Positions 25,509 to 36,900 of a stretch of 64,000 nucleotides of DNA are shown here, piece by piece. How positions within the stretch are numbered: position 1 is the first letter of the stretch; each line of letters opens with the position of its first letter. The position numbers and the translations under genes were made by a program. The notes below the pieces were generated by a model. That model was not told the origin of the DNA. It searched no databases and was given only the letters and a program-made list of their open reading frames with translations. This DNA is from Nemertoderma westbladi. Its lineage: Eukaryota; Animalia; Xenacoelomorpha. Where the stretch lies: assembly GCA_032718475.1 (NCBI GenBank), contig JAUCBJ010006848.1, forward strand, positions 1 through 64,000, read 5' to 3'.

Positions 25509-26700
25509 AAAGGGTGATCCTTGTAACCCATACAATTACCGTCCAATATCGTTAACGTGCATATCTTGTAAAGTGATGGAAATGTGTATAAAAAGTGACA
25601 TTATTCTGTATCTACGCAATAATAATATTATTTCGAAGTCCCAACACGGGTTTCTTCATCGTAAATCCACGTGTACCCAGCTATTAGATTGTGTGACTGA
25701 CTGGTTTCGTATTTTAGATAAACGTAGGAATATCGATATTATTTATGTTGACTTTGCCAAAGCTTTCGATTCTGTAGTTAAATCAAAATTATTGTGTAAG
25801 TTAGCTGCTTATGGGATTTCTGGAAATCTACTAGATTGGTTGAATGCTTTCCTCTCAAACAGATCTCAACAAATTATTGTCGGAAATGAGTTTTCACCAT
25901 TAGTTGCTGTGAAATCAGGCACACCCCAAGGAAGTGTTCTGGGACCAGTGCTATTTCTTGTTTTCATTAACGATCTGCCAGACCTGTTAAATCCCATAAC
26001 AGTGAAACTTTTTGCTGATGATGTGAAATTGTATTCTAGTACAACAGAGAGTGAATCCCTCGCCCAAGCACTCAGCAAGCTGGAGGCATGGGCGAGCGAA
26101 TGGCAGCTCTCTATTGCAACCCATAAATGTATTGTTATTTATGTTGGCTCATCCAATGCGAAGCGCGAATACACTCTCAATTCGTCTGTGCTCACCTCTG
26201 ATACACACTGTAAGGACCTGGGCCTAACAATTTCATCCGATCTAAAATTCGATCTTTATTGTAGAGACCAAACAGCAAAAGCTTACAAAGTTATCAATAT
26301 GTTATTCCGGAGCATCGTAACTAGTAACCGTCAAGCTTTAATAATAGCTTATAAAGCCATAGCTCGGCCACTTGTAGAATATTGCACGCCTGTCTGGTCT
26401 CCACATACAAAACGCAGCATAGACATGATTGAGGGTGTTCAACGCTACTTTACTCGTCGTCTGTTTATGCGCTGTAAGATACCCTACTCTAGCTACATGG
26501 ACCGCCTCGAACTGCTTTCCCTACAACCTTTAGAAGTGCGTCGAATGATATTCGACCTAAAAATGGTTTACAAAATTACACACGGTCTTGTTGATCTTGA
26601 CTTTGATAATTATTTCTCTCAAGCTCCCCGAGCTGGTCTTCGTGGCAACAGTAGGAAACTTTACGTACCTAGGTGTCGTTTAGATATCAGCAAACATTCT
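25440..26700 (+). pseudogene. LINE ORF2 part 2: reverse transcriptase
   Basis: NYRPISLT, QHGF, YVDFAKAFDSV, GTPQGSVLGP, FADD, KDLG, EGVQRYFTR; broken at 26700 by the DNA transposon. Confidence 0.92.
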
Positions 26701-27343
26701 GGATCTAGGACACTTCCCCCCCGGACACTTCCCCCCCGGACACTTCCCCCCCGCCCAAGTAGGACACTTCCCCCCCGGACACTTCCCCCCCGGACACTTG
26801 CCCCCCGGACACTTCCCCCCCAGTTAAAGTGTTACAATTAATCTGGGTGCATCAAAGCAATAAACAAAAGTTAAAGATGGTTACAGGACAAGTTGTATCT
26901 AGACAAGTTTTTTCAAAATTATAAAAGAAACATTTTTATAGTCAAATTTTGTTTGTTTTTCTTTTAATTCCTTTAAATCTTTTAATTTCTTTTAATTGGG
27001 GGCTGCCGCCCCCAAACCCCCGCTTCTTTTGTTGGGGGCTACCGCCCCCAAACCCCCGCTTCTTTTCTTGGGGGCTGCCGCCCCCAAACCCCCGCTTCTT
27101 TTCTTGGGGGTTATCGCCCCCAGACCCCGGCATTTCCCTGAGTGCCCGTGGTGAAAGACCACTTTGAAATAATTAATTCATGTTTGTATCATCAGATAAT
27201 AAATTGTGATGAATTATTTCACTATAAGATAGCATTTGTAGTTTAACTTTAACGTAAAAACTTTCGAAAATCCGACGCATTTTGATTAAGTTACTGTAAT
27301 GTAATATGCCTATTCATATTTGTACACATAAAACCCTTAGGTA

Positions 27344-27423
27344 CTCTCGTGGCGTAGTGGTCAGATTGTTAAGGCGTTGGTTACATTACAGATAGGTTAC
27401 GAGTTCGAATCCCGGTCGGGAAA
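27344..27423 (+). ncRNA. tRNA-like Pol III promoter element inside the LTR (copy at 40251-40330)
   Basis: A-box TGGCGTAGTGG, B-box GAGTTCGAATCCC, partial acceptor pairing TCTCG/CGGGA, TTTT run immediately downstream. Confidence 0.6.
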
Positions 27424-27494
27424 TTTGTATTTTGGGGCCATTTATTTTCGTTTGGTGCTAATTGGTGGACCAATGAGAAGCGTACAACGTAGCG

Positions 27495-27720
27495 AATCAT
27501 GAGCCAGGCCAATCATAGGGCATAAATTATCTTATTGCTCAAATGTGAGGCAATGGAAAATTCTGTTAGGATTCCATGTCCCAGATTAGTGTAAGGGCCG
27601 GATTGCGTTGAACGATGAGCTGGGCCAATCATAGGGCACAAAACACTTTATTGCTCAAATGTGAAGCTGTGGAAAATTCTGTTTGGTTTCCATGTGCGAT
27701 ATTTAGTATAAAAGGCCGGT
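27495..27720 (+). promoter_or_regulatory. Putative LTR Pol II promoter: duplicated ~115-bp enhancer-like units with CCAAT boxes, then TATA
   Basis: Two direct repeats each containing GCCAATCATAGGGCA; GTATAAAAGG at ~27707. Confidence 0.55.
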
Positions 27721-30430
27721 TTGCCTTCGGTTATCACTTCTTAACCCCCTCTATTCGCTATATCTTTAGTAAATTGTTGTTAGTTTATTTGGTTTCTTGT
27801 TGAAACTTTATTTGATAAATCCTTTGTAAAACTGTAAATATACTGCAAATTCCTGAACATGTTTTCTTTTGGTCCAACTTTGGGACAGCCAAACATCGGG
27901 AAGATGACAGCCTAGACCGTTAGGCCGTAAGCAACGCAGGGAAAAGATGTCCACAACACGCTAGCGCCCACATTGGATTGACCGCGCACCCCCTTGCCCT
28001 TCGAAATACTCCACTTGCCATGCAGCGCCCGCTTTGTGAGAAAGGTAAGACTTTGTTCGACGCCCTTGCCCGCCGTAAGACCTATAGATCAGGGTAAGCG
28101 TGACGCCGTCCTGGACGCCGCAAATTTAGGATCAAATAATTATATTCAGACAGAAACACCCCCCCCTTGTCAGTCCTACGAACCCCTGGGTTAACCTGTA
28201 CTTCCTACAGGTGCGAACTATTGCCATTCGTCAGTACGCGAGTACATAGGTACGGACAGCATATGTTCCATAATTTAGTGATTCGTAGTATTGACTGTTT
28301 GGTACCGGTTCGCTTTGTAGAACGTACATTAGTACCCCCCCCCCCCCCCTGTCTGGAGTTAGCTATTTGATCAGGCAAGGAGTATTTCTGCTACCGGCAC
28401 ACTGCTTGGCCTAGGGAGGTTTATTAATATCCTACCGCGCCTTGCCACGTACTGATAGGTATTGCTGCTAACTACCGCGGCAACAAAGTTCTAGAATTAA
28501 ATTAGTATACCAGATCAGCTAACGTACGGTAGCGATTAACCCCTATTTCTTATCTTACAACCAGAATCTGGTATTAGTGCCGATCACGGGTGTAGTTACT
28601 AACACCGTGGCTGCCCATTGGGTTGTGGATAGGAAGGAGAGAGCTTTGACGTCATTTGTGAGTATAAAGTTCTACAAAACGCGACTAGTTTATTTTAGTA
28701 GCTAGCGCACGGTATCATTTCGGTCAGAAAATCACTAAAACCTAGTAAAAGGAAATACATGAAATTGTTTTATTTGTAACACACCCACACACACACGCCC
28801 TAAAACATATTGCCCTTAGAGTTCTACTAGCTATAGCGCACTATACATTACTTTAGGTGGAAATTATCTGTATTTGTAAAATTAGGATCTGATTTAGTTG
28901 CGGCAATAAGGAGTATTTCACTTTCGTTATTAACTGTTGTTTTCTGTCCAGCAGTATTGTTACATTTAGGCCTGACCCTTTAGACTGATTTTGTACAGGG
29001 GGATCAGTTATCATTACATTTAGGCACAACCTTTTAGGCTGATTTAGACAGGGGTAATCAGCATTGTTACACTAGGTCTGTTAACCACCTAGTTCGTATA
29101 TAAACCATATAAATCACACCGCGGCAAGTTACTGTATTTAGGACTGTCAGTGATAGTTAGGCTTCGCTGCGCGGGGATTGTTTTCCCGTGAGTTTGGTCT
29201 GTTACTGTAACTGTACATCTGCCTCACCGGTTAGAGGACAGGTATCCTTTTGTCTAGTACGTAGGCATTAGACCCGCTCACGTACATAGAATAGATACTA
29301 GGCTCTGTTCCTCGCCAGTAGTCGTTTTTGTATTGTATCTGTTTGTTTAGATATCCTGGACTGGGATTTGTTGTCAGATACTGTACGAGCCCGTATACAT
29401 TACTAGAGTCTCATAGTAAGATACATCGTTACTAGGATCTGGTAAGCGGTATACTACTGGACCCTTACAGTAGGAAGTATTTATTAAATATCTTAACTGA
29501 AAGTGCGTGCACATTTGAAGTGAGATATAGATAAATATTGTTAGCTATTGAAAGTAGGAGATATTTAAAATTTAAGGTTAGTAAATTTAGTAATTTAGAG
29601 CGTCCCCTGCTTCAGTAGGCTTTTAGGGTAGCTAGTACTTTCGTATTTAATATTTGACTAGCTAACAGTTAGTTTGTAGCAATTTGTTTTACGCCGTGTG
29701 TGTGCGGTGTTACTTTCGGTACTTGAAAAGGTACATAGGGTTTAAAGACCAATTTGTATCGGTACCTAGGAAGATTTTTCGTAAGCGTAGAAGTAAAACT
29801 CTCACCTTCGACCCTTTCAGGACTCAAGGACTCATTTCTGGACCGCTTCGAGGATTAGACCGCTTTTCGCAAAGTTTGGGAGACAATAAATTCGTCCGCG
29901 CCGCCGAAAAACGGAAAGACCCACGTCCGGTTTGTATTTGGGAATTTGTACGACTGGAAGATCAAAGGAACGTAAGTTTTACGACTCGCGTTGTTCAAAC
30001 TTAAGAAAGCACAGTAGTACTCAAAATTTGTGGGTTTCACTGTCTATTAGTAGTGTTGTTGGTACTTATTTTCCCATTAGACATTGCTGTTTTGCCTATT
30101 ATTTGTACTTGTTGATCTATATTTTGGTAACGTATACCGTTATCTCATTTATTCGTACAAATTTAGCCGGTAGGCTAGATTACTACTTATTTTATTATAT
30201 ACCTTGTTAGTTTATTTGTACCGGTTAGGGTATATATATGATATATATATATATCAAGGTAAGTTTGACATTTGTACATTTCGACATTTTGACATTTCGA
30301 CATTCTGACTTGTTGATTTATTTGTACCGGTTAGGGTATATATATACTATATATACCAAGGTAAGTTTGACACTTCAACATTCAGACACTTTGACATTTT
30401 ATTACCCGTACTTGACGTATATAATAAGAC

Positions 30431-33400
30431 ATGAGTGACACACCCCATTCGACGAGATACCCACCTACCGACTATGACTCGTGCGACCCGGACAGATCGA
30501 CAGTAGACGAACCGAGAAGGAGAACCCGAGATTCCACCGATGTCACACCGCTTGCGTCGCCGGTACCCCGAACGGAAATTCCGGAAGCCGCAACGCGTGG
30601 CGACGGCAGAATCGAAGATTTCCTTACCGTCCCGCAGACTAGATCGCGGGAACCGGACATGGTAAGTTCGACTGGAAGCCAGGAGAACGTTATTAGGAGT
30701 ATAGGAGGACACATGGCCCAGATTACTCGAAACTTCGGAGAAGGTTTTCGCCTTTTACGCGAGTTAACCGCCCCGATGTCGAGATACGAGTTCTACGCCT
30801 TACAGGTAAGGATAGAAAGTAGGGTACATGCCTCCATAGATAAACTTAAAGGTTTACACGAACTTGCAGAGTTGCGTGGCGACAACTTTACTCAGGTAAA
30901 GATAATCGATAAGTTGGTAAGTGCGAGGGAAAGCCTCATTCAGTTTAAGTCGGTTGTAGGATCAACTCAGCAAGAACAACTCGACCAACTGTTAGGTGAA
31001 TCAGTTTCGGAAGCGTTGTTACAACCCGAAGAGGAAGAAGAACTATACTGCCTGGACGGGAGGTTAGGGACGCTCACCAATTTTCTTCGTAGATGCGGAG
31101 TACCGATCGAAGAACCGGAAGTTGTACCGAGAGAGACGACGGAAGTTCTATCTACGGAAGGCTCGCGAGCCTACCAAATTCCACCACTGGATAGATCATT
31201 CGTTAGTGTACGGAGCGACGTTGGCGACGTTAGTAGAACAGCGTCTGTAATTATTCGACAACAACAGGAGGTCGCACGCCGACAACAAGTTGCCGAGGAA
31301 GAAGCGCAACTACAGATGGCACAGATCGCCATCGAAGGAGAAAAACAGCGCAGAGAGGATGTAGCGAAACTTGCGAAACTTCAAGCACAGGCTGAGTTCG
31401 AAGCATCAGAGATGCGGAGACTGGAGGAGGACTTAGCGCGAGAAGCGGCCGCGGCGGCAGCAGTTGACGAGCTAGCACGACAGGCAGCGGCGGCAGCCGA
31501 CGAGTTAGCACGAGTTGCGGCGGTAAACGCAGCTGAGTTAGCACGGAAGAAAGCAGCATCCGACGCTCGTGCCAAGTTGGAGGCGCGACAAATAAACGCT
31601 CGTTTAGCGATACATGAAGCTGAGTTAGCGGCACAACAACAGGAAGCAGATCGACGCGAAAGAGAGATGCAGCTCCAGTTCGAACTGAATCGTAGATCGC
31701 GCGAGGCAGCGAACGCGCAAGCGAACCTCGAACTCGACGCGAGAGATAGATCTATAAGGTCTCGAACTGGACACGACTTGTCTGCCCTGGATCGCATGGA
31801 GACTCGATATCGCGGAATCCAGAAGCGAATCAAGGAAGGAAGTGTGGGAGCGATAGATCGAGGAGAGGAGTTCGTCGAGGATTACTGTAAACGTTTTCCC
31901 CAAGTTATTCCTATGCTCAAACCCACGACTCAGATAAAACCGGTCTTTGTTACGAAACCTAAGGAAATAATGCCTGTGCGCCCGACGCAAGGTAGCAGGT
32001 TTGTTGTGATGGAAATACCGCAACCTAGGGCGACTTCATCGCCAATTTTAGCAGGTAACATAACTAGTCCACGTACAGTAAGTCGTAGTTTACTTGTGGA
32101 GAGAGACGAACCTGCGTTTATGACAGTGAAACAGGTGAGTAAACCATTGCAAGTTAAACCGGTGACGTGCTGCGCGAACCCAGTCATTTATAAACCTACA
32201 GTAGAACTTAACTCAGATGTTTTTACTAGACCTCTCACCCAATGTTTATCGAGACCTACGACTTCGTGGAAGGCTTGCGAGCCTGCCGAACAACGAAGGA
32301 CGATGGATGTGGGTAATACCCACAGGATCGAACCGAGTTCAACGAGACCTACGACTTCGTGGAAGGCTTGCGAGCCTACCGAACAACGGAGAGCCGTAGA
32401 TCCCAGACCACAACGAACTCGACCAAGAATAATACGCCGGACGCGAACCCACCAACCACCTTATCCGGACGACAGCGATTCATCCAGTGACTCGGAGTCG
32501 ACGGAACGGGAAATATTCCGTACTGGAGCGGCAGCGGCAGCGCATTACAAACGGGAGGAACGATCGACGAACCCCTATATCGATAATCCTCCACGAGAAA
32601 CACCCCAACAGAAACCCACGTTGCAACCAGCGGAAGCGATCAGCACCAACAGACTCGCCGAAATAATGCGACCTGTAACGGACCAACTAGCTCAACTCGA
32701 AGAGCGACTCGAAGCGCAACCGTCGGATCGATCACGAACCAGCGTGCAGTTAGAACAACCTGAACAACATCGACCACCAAGGAGAGAACAGGAGACTAGA
32801 CAGACTCCGACCCCTCGAGAAGATCCCATTAATAATTCCTACCGACGAACAACGCACGGAAGGGAGCGACTGGACGACGCCACCGAACAGGGACGCGGAC
32901 AGTTGGACTTAGTTAGCGAGATTGCGAAATTCGCGGCTAGACACGGATTACCGGCACAGCAACCGCCGAAGTTCTCTGGCAACGCGAAACACTGGCGCAC
33001 ACTGGTAGACTACGTAGAGTCCCAGATCGCTAAGTGTGCTTTCACCTCGATGGAGAAGTTTAATTACTTGCTCCAAGTTCTGTCTGGTGAGCTGAAACGA
33101 TTAGCGGAAACCTTTATTGGAGTTCCCGATGCCTTTGAGTTGGCGTACGACCGTTTATATTCGATTTACGGAGGTAACGTCGCCATGGCTAAATCCATTA
33201 ATGAAGACCTCTGCAGAGGAGGCAACATTTCGAAACCGATCCACCTTTTACGACTCGCGGACGAAATCAAGAACGCTATAGGGACTTTACGATCTATTGG
33301 ACAACTCGAGCATGCTAACGCACCGACGGTTCTCATTCGAATAATCGGTCGACTTCACCATCGACTACGACGAGAATGGCGACGCATCGAGTACCAGCGT

Positions 33401-33907
33401 GAAGAGGCCGGAGGGTTATTAAAACTCACCGATGTCTATCAACTGATTTCACGGGAGGCCGTGATCGAGACTCGATCGAACTATACCGATCACCATATCG
33501 CGGTGGAAGGGATAGCTGTTTCTGCGCCGACTCGGACAAAACCGTTTCCGATGAACGCGAAAGCCGTTACTTACGCCACCCCTACTGAGACTTCTAAAGT
33601 TCTGAAGCCTATCGGCACCACGCAGCCACGACAACAGTTGCCGGCGGACTTTGTGGGATGCTCATACTGCGAGCGGAACGGCAGAAACTATAGCGGACAT
33701 AAACTACGTGGATGTCGCGCTTTTAAAGAGTTAGGGATCGAGGAGAGGAGACTCCAAATCCGATCTCTAGATTCCTGTTGGAGATGTATGAAGCCAGGAC
33801 ACGTCCGGAAGGATTGCCCGAGCGACGATATATGTTCTCTGTGTAGACGTAACCATGACGCGTTGCTTCACACAACCAGTCATACTCCGACCACACGCTT
33901 TCGATGA
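30431..33907 (+). CDS. gag: BEL/Pao Gag (1158 aa)
   Basis: Long coiled-coil region, PPKFSGNAKHW capsid-region motif, three C-terminal Cys/His knuckles (CSYC..H..C, CWRC..GH..C, CSLC..H..LLH). Confidence 0.9.
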   Translation: MSDTPHSTRYPPTDYDSCDPDRSTVDEPRRRTRDSTDVTPLASPVPRTEIPEAATRGDGRIEDFLTVPQTRSREPDMVSSTGSQENVIRSIGGHMAQITRNFGEGFRLLRELTAPMSRYEFYALQVRIESRVHASIDKLKGLHELAELRGDNFTQVKIIDKLVSARESLIQFKSVVGSTQQEQLDQLLGESVSEALLQPEEEEELYCLDGRLGTLTNFLRRCGVPIEEPEVVPRETTEVLSTEGSRAYQIPPLDRSFVSVRSDVGDVSRTASVIIRQQQEVARRQQVAEEEAQLQMAQIAIEGEKQRREDVAKLAKLQAQAEFEASEMRRLEEDLAREAAAAAAVDELARQAAAAADELARVAAVNAAELARKKAASDARAKLEARQINARLAIHEAELAAQQQEADRREREMQLQFELNRRSREAANAQANLELDARDRSIRSRTGHDLSALDRMETRYRGIQKRIKEGSVGAIDRGEEFVEDYCKRFPQVIPMLKPTTQIKPVFVTKPKEIMPVRPTQGSRFVVMEIPQPRATSSPILAGNITSPRTVSRSLLVERDEPAFMTVKQVSKPLQVKPVTCCANPVIYKPTVELNSDVFTRPLTQCLSRPTTSWKACEPAEQRRTMDVGNTHRIEPSSTRPTTSWKACEPTEQRRAVDPRPQRTRPRIIRRTRTHQPPYPDDSDSSSDSESTEREIFRTGAAAAAHYKREERSTNPYIDNPPRETPQQKPTLQPAEAISTNRLAEIMRPVTDQLAQLEERLEAQPSDRSRTSVQLEQPEQHRPPRREQETRQTPTPREDPINNSYRRTTHGRERLDDATEQGRGQLDLVSEIAKFAARHGLPAQQPPKFSGNAKHWRTLVDYVESQIAKCAFTSMEKFNYLLQVLSGELKRLAETFIGVPDAFELAYDRLYSIYGGNVAMAKSINEDLCRGGNISKPIHLLRLADEIKNAIGTLRSIGQLEHANAPTVLIRIIGRLHHRLRREWRRIEYQREEAGGLLKLTDVYQLISREAVIETRSNYTDHHIAVEGIAVSAPTRTKPFPMNAKAVTYATPTETSKVLKPIGTTQPRQQLPADFVGCSYCERNGRNYSGHKLRGCRAFKELGIEERRLQIRSLDSCWRCMKPGHVRKDCPSDDICSLCRRNHDALLHTTSHTPTTRFR

Positions 33908-36900
33908 GAGCATCCAGATAAAGCGGCTAGATGCGACGCGCTTTACAAGGAGCGTGCGCCGCGCGAGATCCGTACCTTTTATACCGACTGTATGGATCAG
34001 TCAGGATCATCGGACGAGGACGAGGAGGAAGACGACACTTTCTACGTGCATGCAGGTGAGGAACAGCCATCGATAACGCTCCTCACACAGAACCAACTGA
34101 AAGGATTTAGTGTGATTCCTATAAAGATTACCGGAACCCAAGGGAGCAAGCGTATATACGCCATCTTAGACTCTGCGTCATCGCATAGCTATGTCGATGA
34201 GCAAGTAGCCGATGTAGTTACGGACATGAGTCAAGGTAAGACTGCTCAGTATACTGTAAGCAGCATGCATGGTAAGAGAGCGATCCCTGTGACGAGAGTA
34301 AAACTAACTTTAGACACTCTTCTTTCCAAAGCGGAACACAGCAAGGAGGAGCGCTCATTACTTCCGGTAAGAAATTTGACCTTTGCAGCTATGAAGGACT
34401 TTAGTAACTTGCTCGGCCCTGTGCCAGAGCAATCACCGGAAGATCGTAAGTATTTCCGACACCTTGGAATACCGGAATGTCCTGTTAATTATCGTTCCAT
34501 TGCGATGTTAATTGGGACAGACCAGTTTAACTTACATCAGGTATGGGAGACACGCCCATCTGTTATTACAGCGGGCAACCCCTACGCATGTAGAACTCCC
34601 ATAGGTTGGTATACTAGAGCACCAATACGTTCACTAGAGGTAAGTGACCAGGAGGACGACGTTTTGAGTACGTGTAGTTTATTGACTAACACGATAGATA
34701 ATTCTCCTTCACACTCCCGTGGTCCAATTGTACGGACGGCACTACGACAGACTCGCGTCACTAACGCAGGCGCCACCGATACTGACGTAACCGATCTGGA
34801 CACGACCATATGGACCTCTGACTTACAACTACTTGCAGTAGACCAGGTTGTATTGACTACTGAAGACCAAAGGGTTGTTGCCGTGGATGACTCGATGAAC
34901 GAGGATTTTGGAAGGCTTGCGAGCCTACCGAAAAATCCGAAGGTCATTGACCCCACCCACCAGGCTTCGACACCGGTCGTTGATCTTGGAAGGCTTGCGA
35001 GCCTACCGACAGATCAAAAGGTTGTCAAACCGCCGCACGACAATTCGACGCCGACTAGTGACACCGGAAGGCTTGCGAGCCTACCAGACACATTGACACT
35101 AGCCACCGCAGCGGACGAAGACGTGGACGAGGACCATGGCGCAGTGCAAGCAGCGGTTGACCGACTGCTGCCTGAACGGACCATACAATGGTTGGAACAG
35201 GACTCAGCAGAACCCGGTAGTTACGAGACCGCTATGTCAGAACAGGAAAAACGGTCATTAAATATTATGAGAGATACCATTCACCAGACCGCGAATGGCC
35301 ACTATGAGGTTGGTATGTTGTGGCGCAATGGACAACCTAAGCTCGTTAACAATTACCCGCTTGCTTTGAGGCGACTCAAATCAATAAGGCAGCGATTGTT
35401 GCGAGACGAGACGGCCCATATGCAATACAATGCACAACTTCAGACGTATCTCCAAAAGGGATACGCCATTAGGATGTTAAATCCCGAGGTAACCTCAGAC
35501 CAGACATATTACCTGCCACATCATTTTGTTCGACACCCGGACAAACCTGGCAAGGTGCGTGTAGTCAATGACTGCGCTGCGCTTTACCAAGGGATGTCTA
35601 TGAATAGCGAACTGATGGACGGGCCGAATATGAATAATTACCTCATGGGAGTCCTAATGCGTTTTAGACAACGCAAAGTGGCTTTCACCTGTGACGTAGA
35701 GGCCATGTTTCACCAGGTTAAGGCTTTGGAGCGGGACAGGGACAGTTTAAGGTTTCTTTGGTATCCGGACGGAAACTTACAACTTCCGCCAGAAACTTAC
35801 CAAATGCAGGTAAGAGTATTCGGAGCCAGGGACAGCCCCAACTGCACCATGTACGCCTTAAAGCAGACAGCATTGGACAGACGAGACCAATTTGACCCAG
35901 AAGTAGTTCGGACCGTGGAACGAGACTTCTACGTGGATGACAGCCTCAAGAGTTGTGACACCTTGGAGGGCGCTACAACCGTAGCACACCAACTCCAGGA
36001 TTGTCTCGCTGAGGGCGGATTTCACCTGACGAAGTTCGCTTCCAACGAACCCGAACTGGTGAACTCATTTGACCCGATGGATCGCAGTGGAGGTGACTTG
36101 GACTTAGACCTAGAACCTCTGCAGACGACCAAAGTATTAGGACTTAGTTGGGACCCTAACACCGACAATTTTAGGGTACGTGTAAGGTCCAACGACCAGA
36201 CTAGACCTCTCACTAAGAGGACTTGCTTATCGACCATGAGTCGATTGTATGACCCATTGTGTTTCATTAGTCCAGTGATCCTACATGCTAGGATCATACT
36301 CCGCAGCATTTGTCAAGCCAGACTGGAATGGGACGATCCCATCCCAGAAAAGTTAGCTGAGCGATGGAGGGACTGGGAAGCCCAACTGACGTTCCTACAA
36401 GACTATACCATACCGAGGGTATACTTTCCTTTGCAAACCACCTTTCCTGCCGATTTAGAGCTTCACAGCTTTAGTGACGCTAGCAAGAATGGATTGGGGG
36501 TTACTTTATACCTTAGACGACAAGTGACATTGGACAGCTACGATGTATCTCTCGTTACTTCAAGGGCTAGAACGATGCCATTGAAGTATATGACTGTACC
36601 TCGTGGGGAGCTGCAAGCCGGGACGATATCCACCGATATTGTCAGTCTAGTTCAACGTGAGCTGGAGGCTAACTTAAAGGTCACATATTGGACGGATGCG
36701 ACGTTGGTACTTTGGTACATAAACAACGAAGCATTTGAGTTCAAGACTTTCGTAGCCAACAGACGGGCTGAAATATTAGACCGGTCGCTCAAACAAGATT
36801 GGCATCACTGTCCAGGGAAGCTGAACCCAGCTGACATCGCGTCACGGGGGATGCAACCGCTTGACTTTTGTAAACCGGACAATAAATCCCTTTGGTTTAG

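Larger units (their letters stand above)
27207..29469 (+). repeat. 5' LTR (2263 bp)
   Basis: TGATGAATT...CCCTTACA; matches 40114-42389 with roughly 15 substitutions and a few small indels seen by eye. Confidence 0.95.

Noticed and set aside
26701-26841. RTLPP repeat tail of the RT ORF
   Set aside because: Read-through into the TIR array of the inserted DNA transposon; the true C-terminus is at 43119-43288.
33855-34076. +1 frameshift at TTT CGA into the overlapping 73-aa ORF
   Set aside because: That frame closes at 34076 and pol is in the gag frame, so a +1 shift would not produce Gag-Pol.
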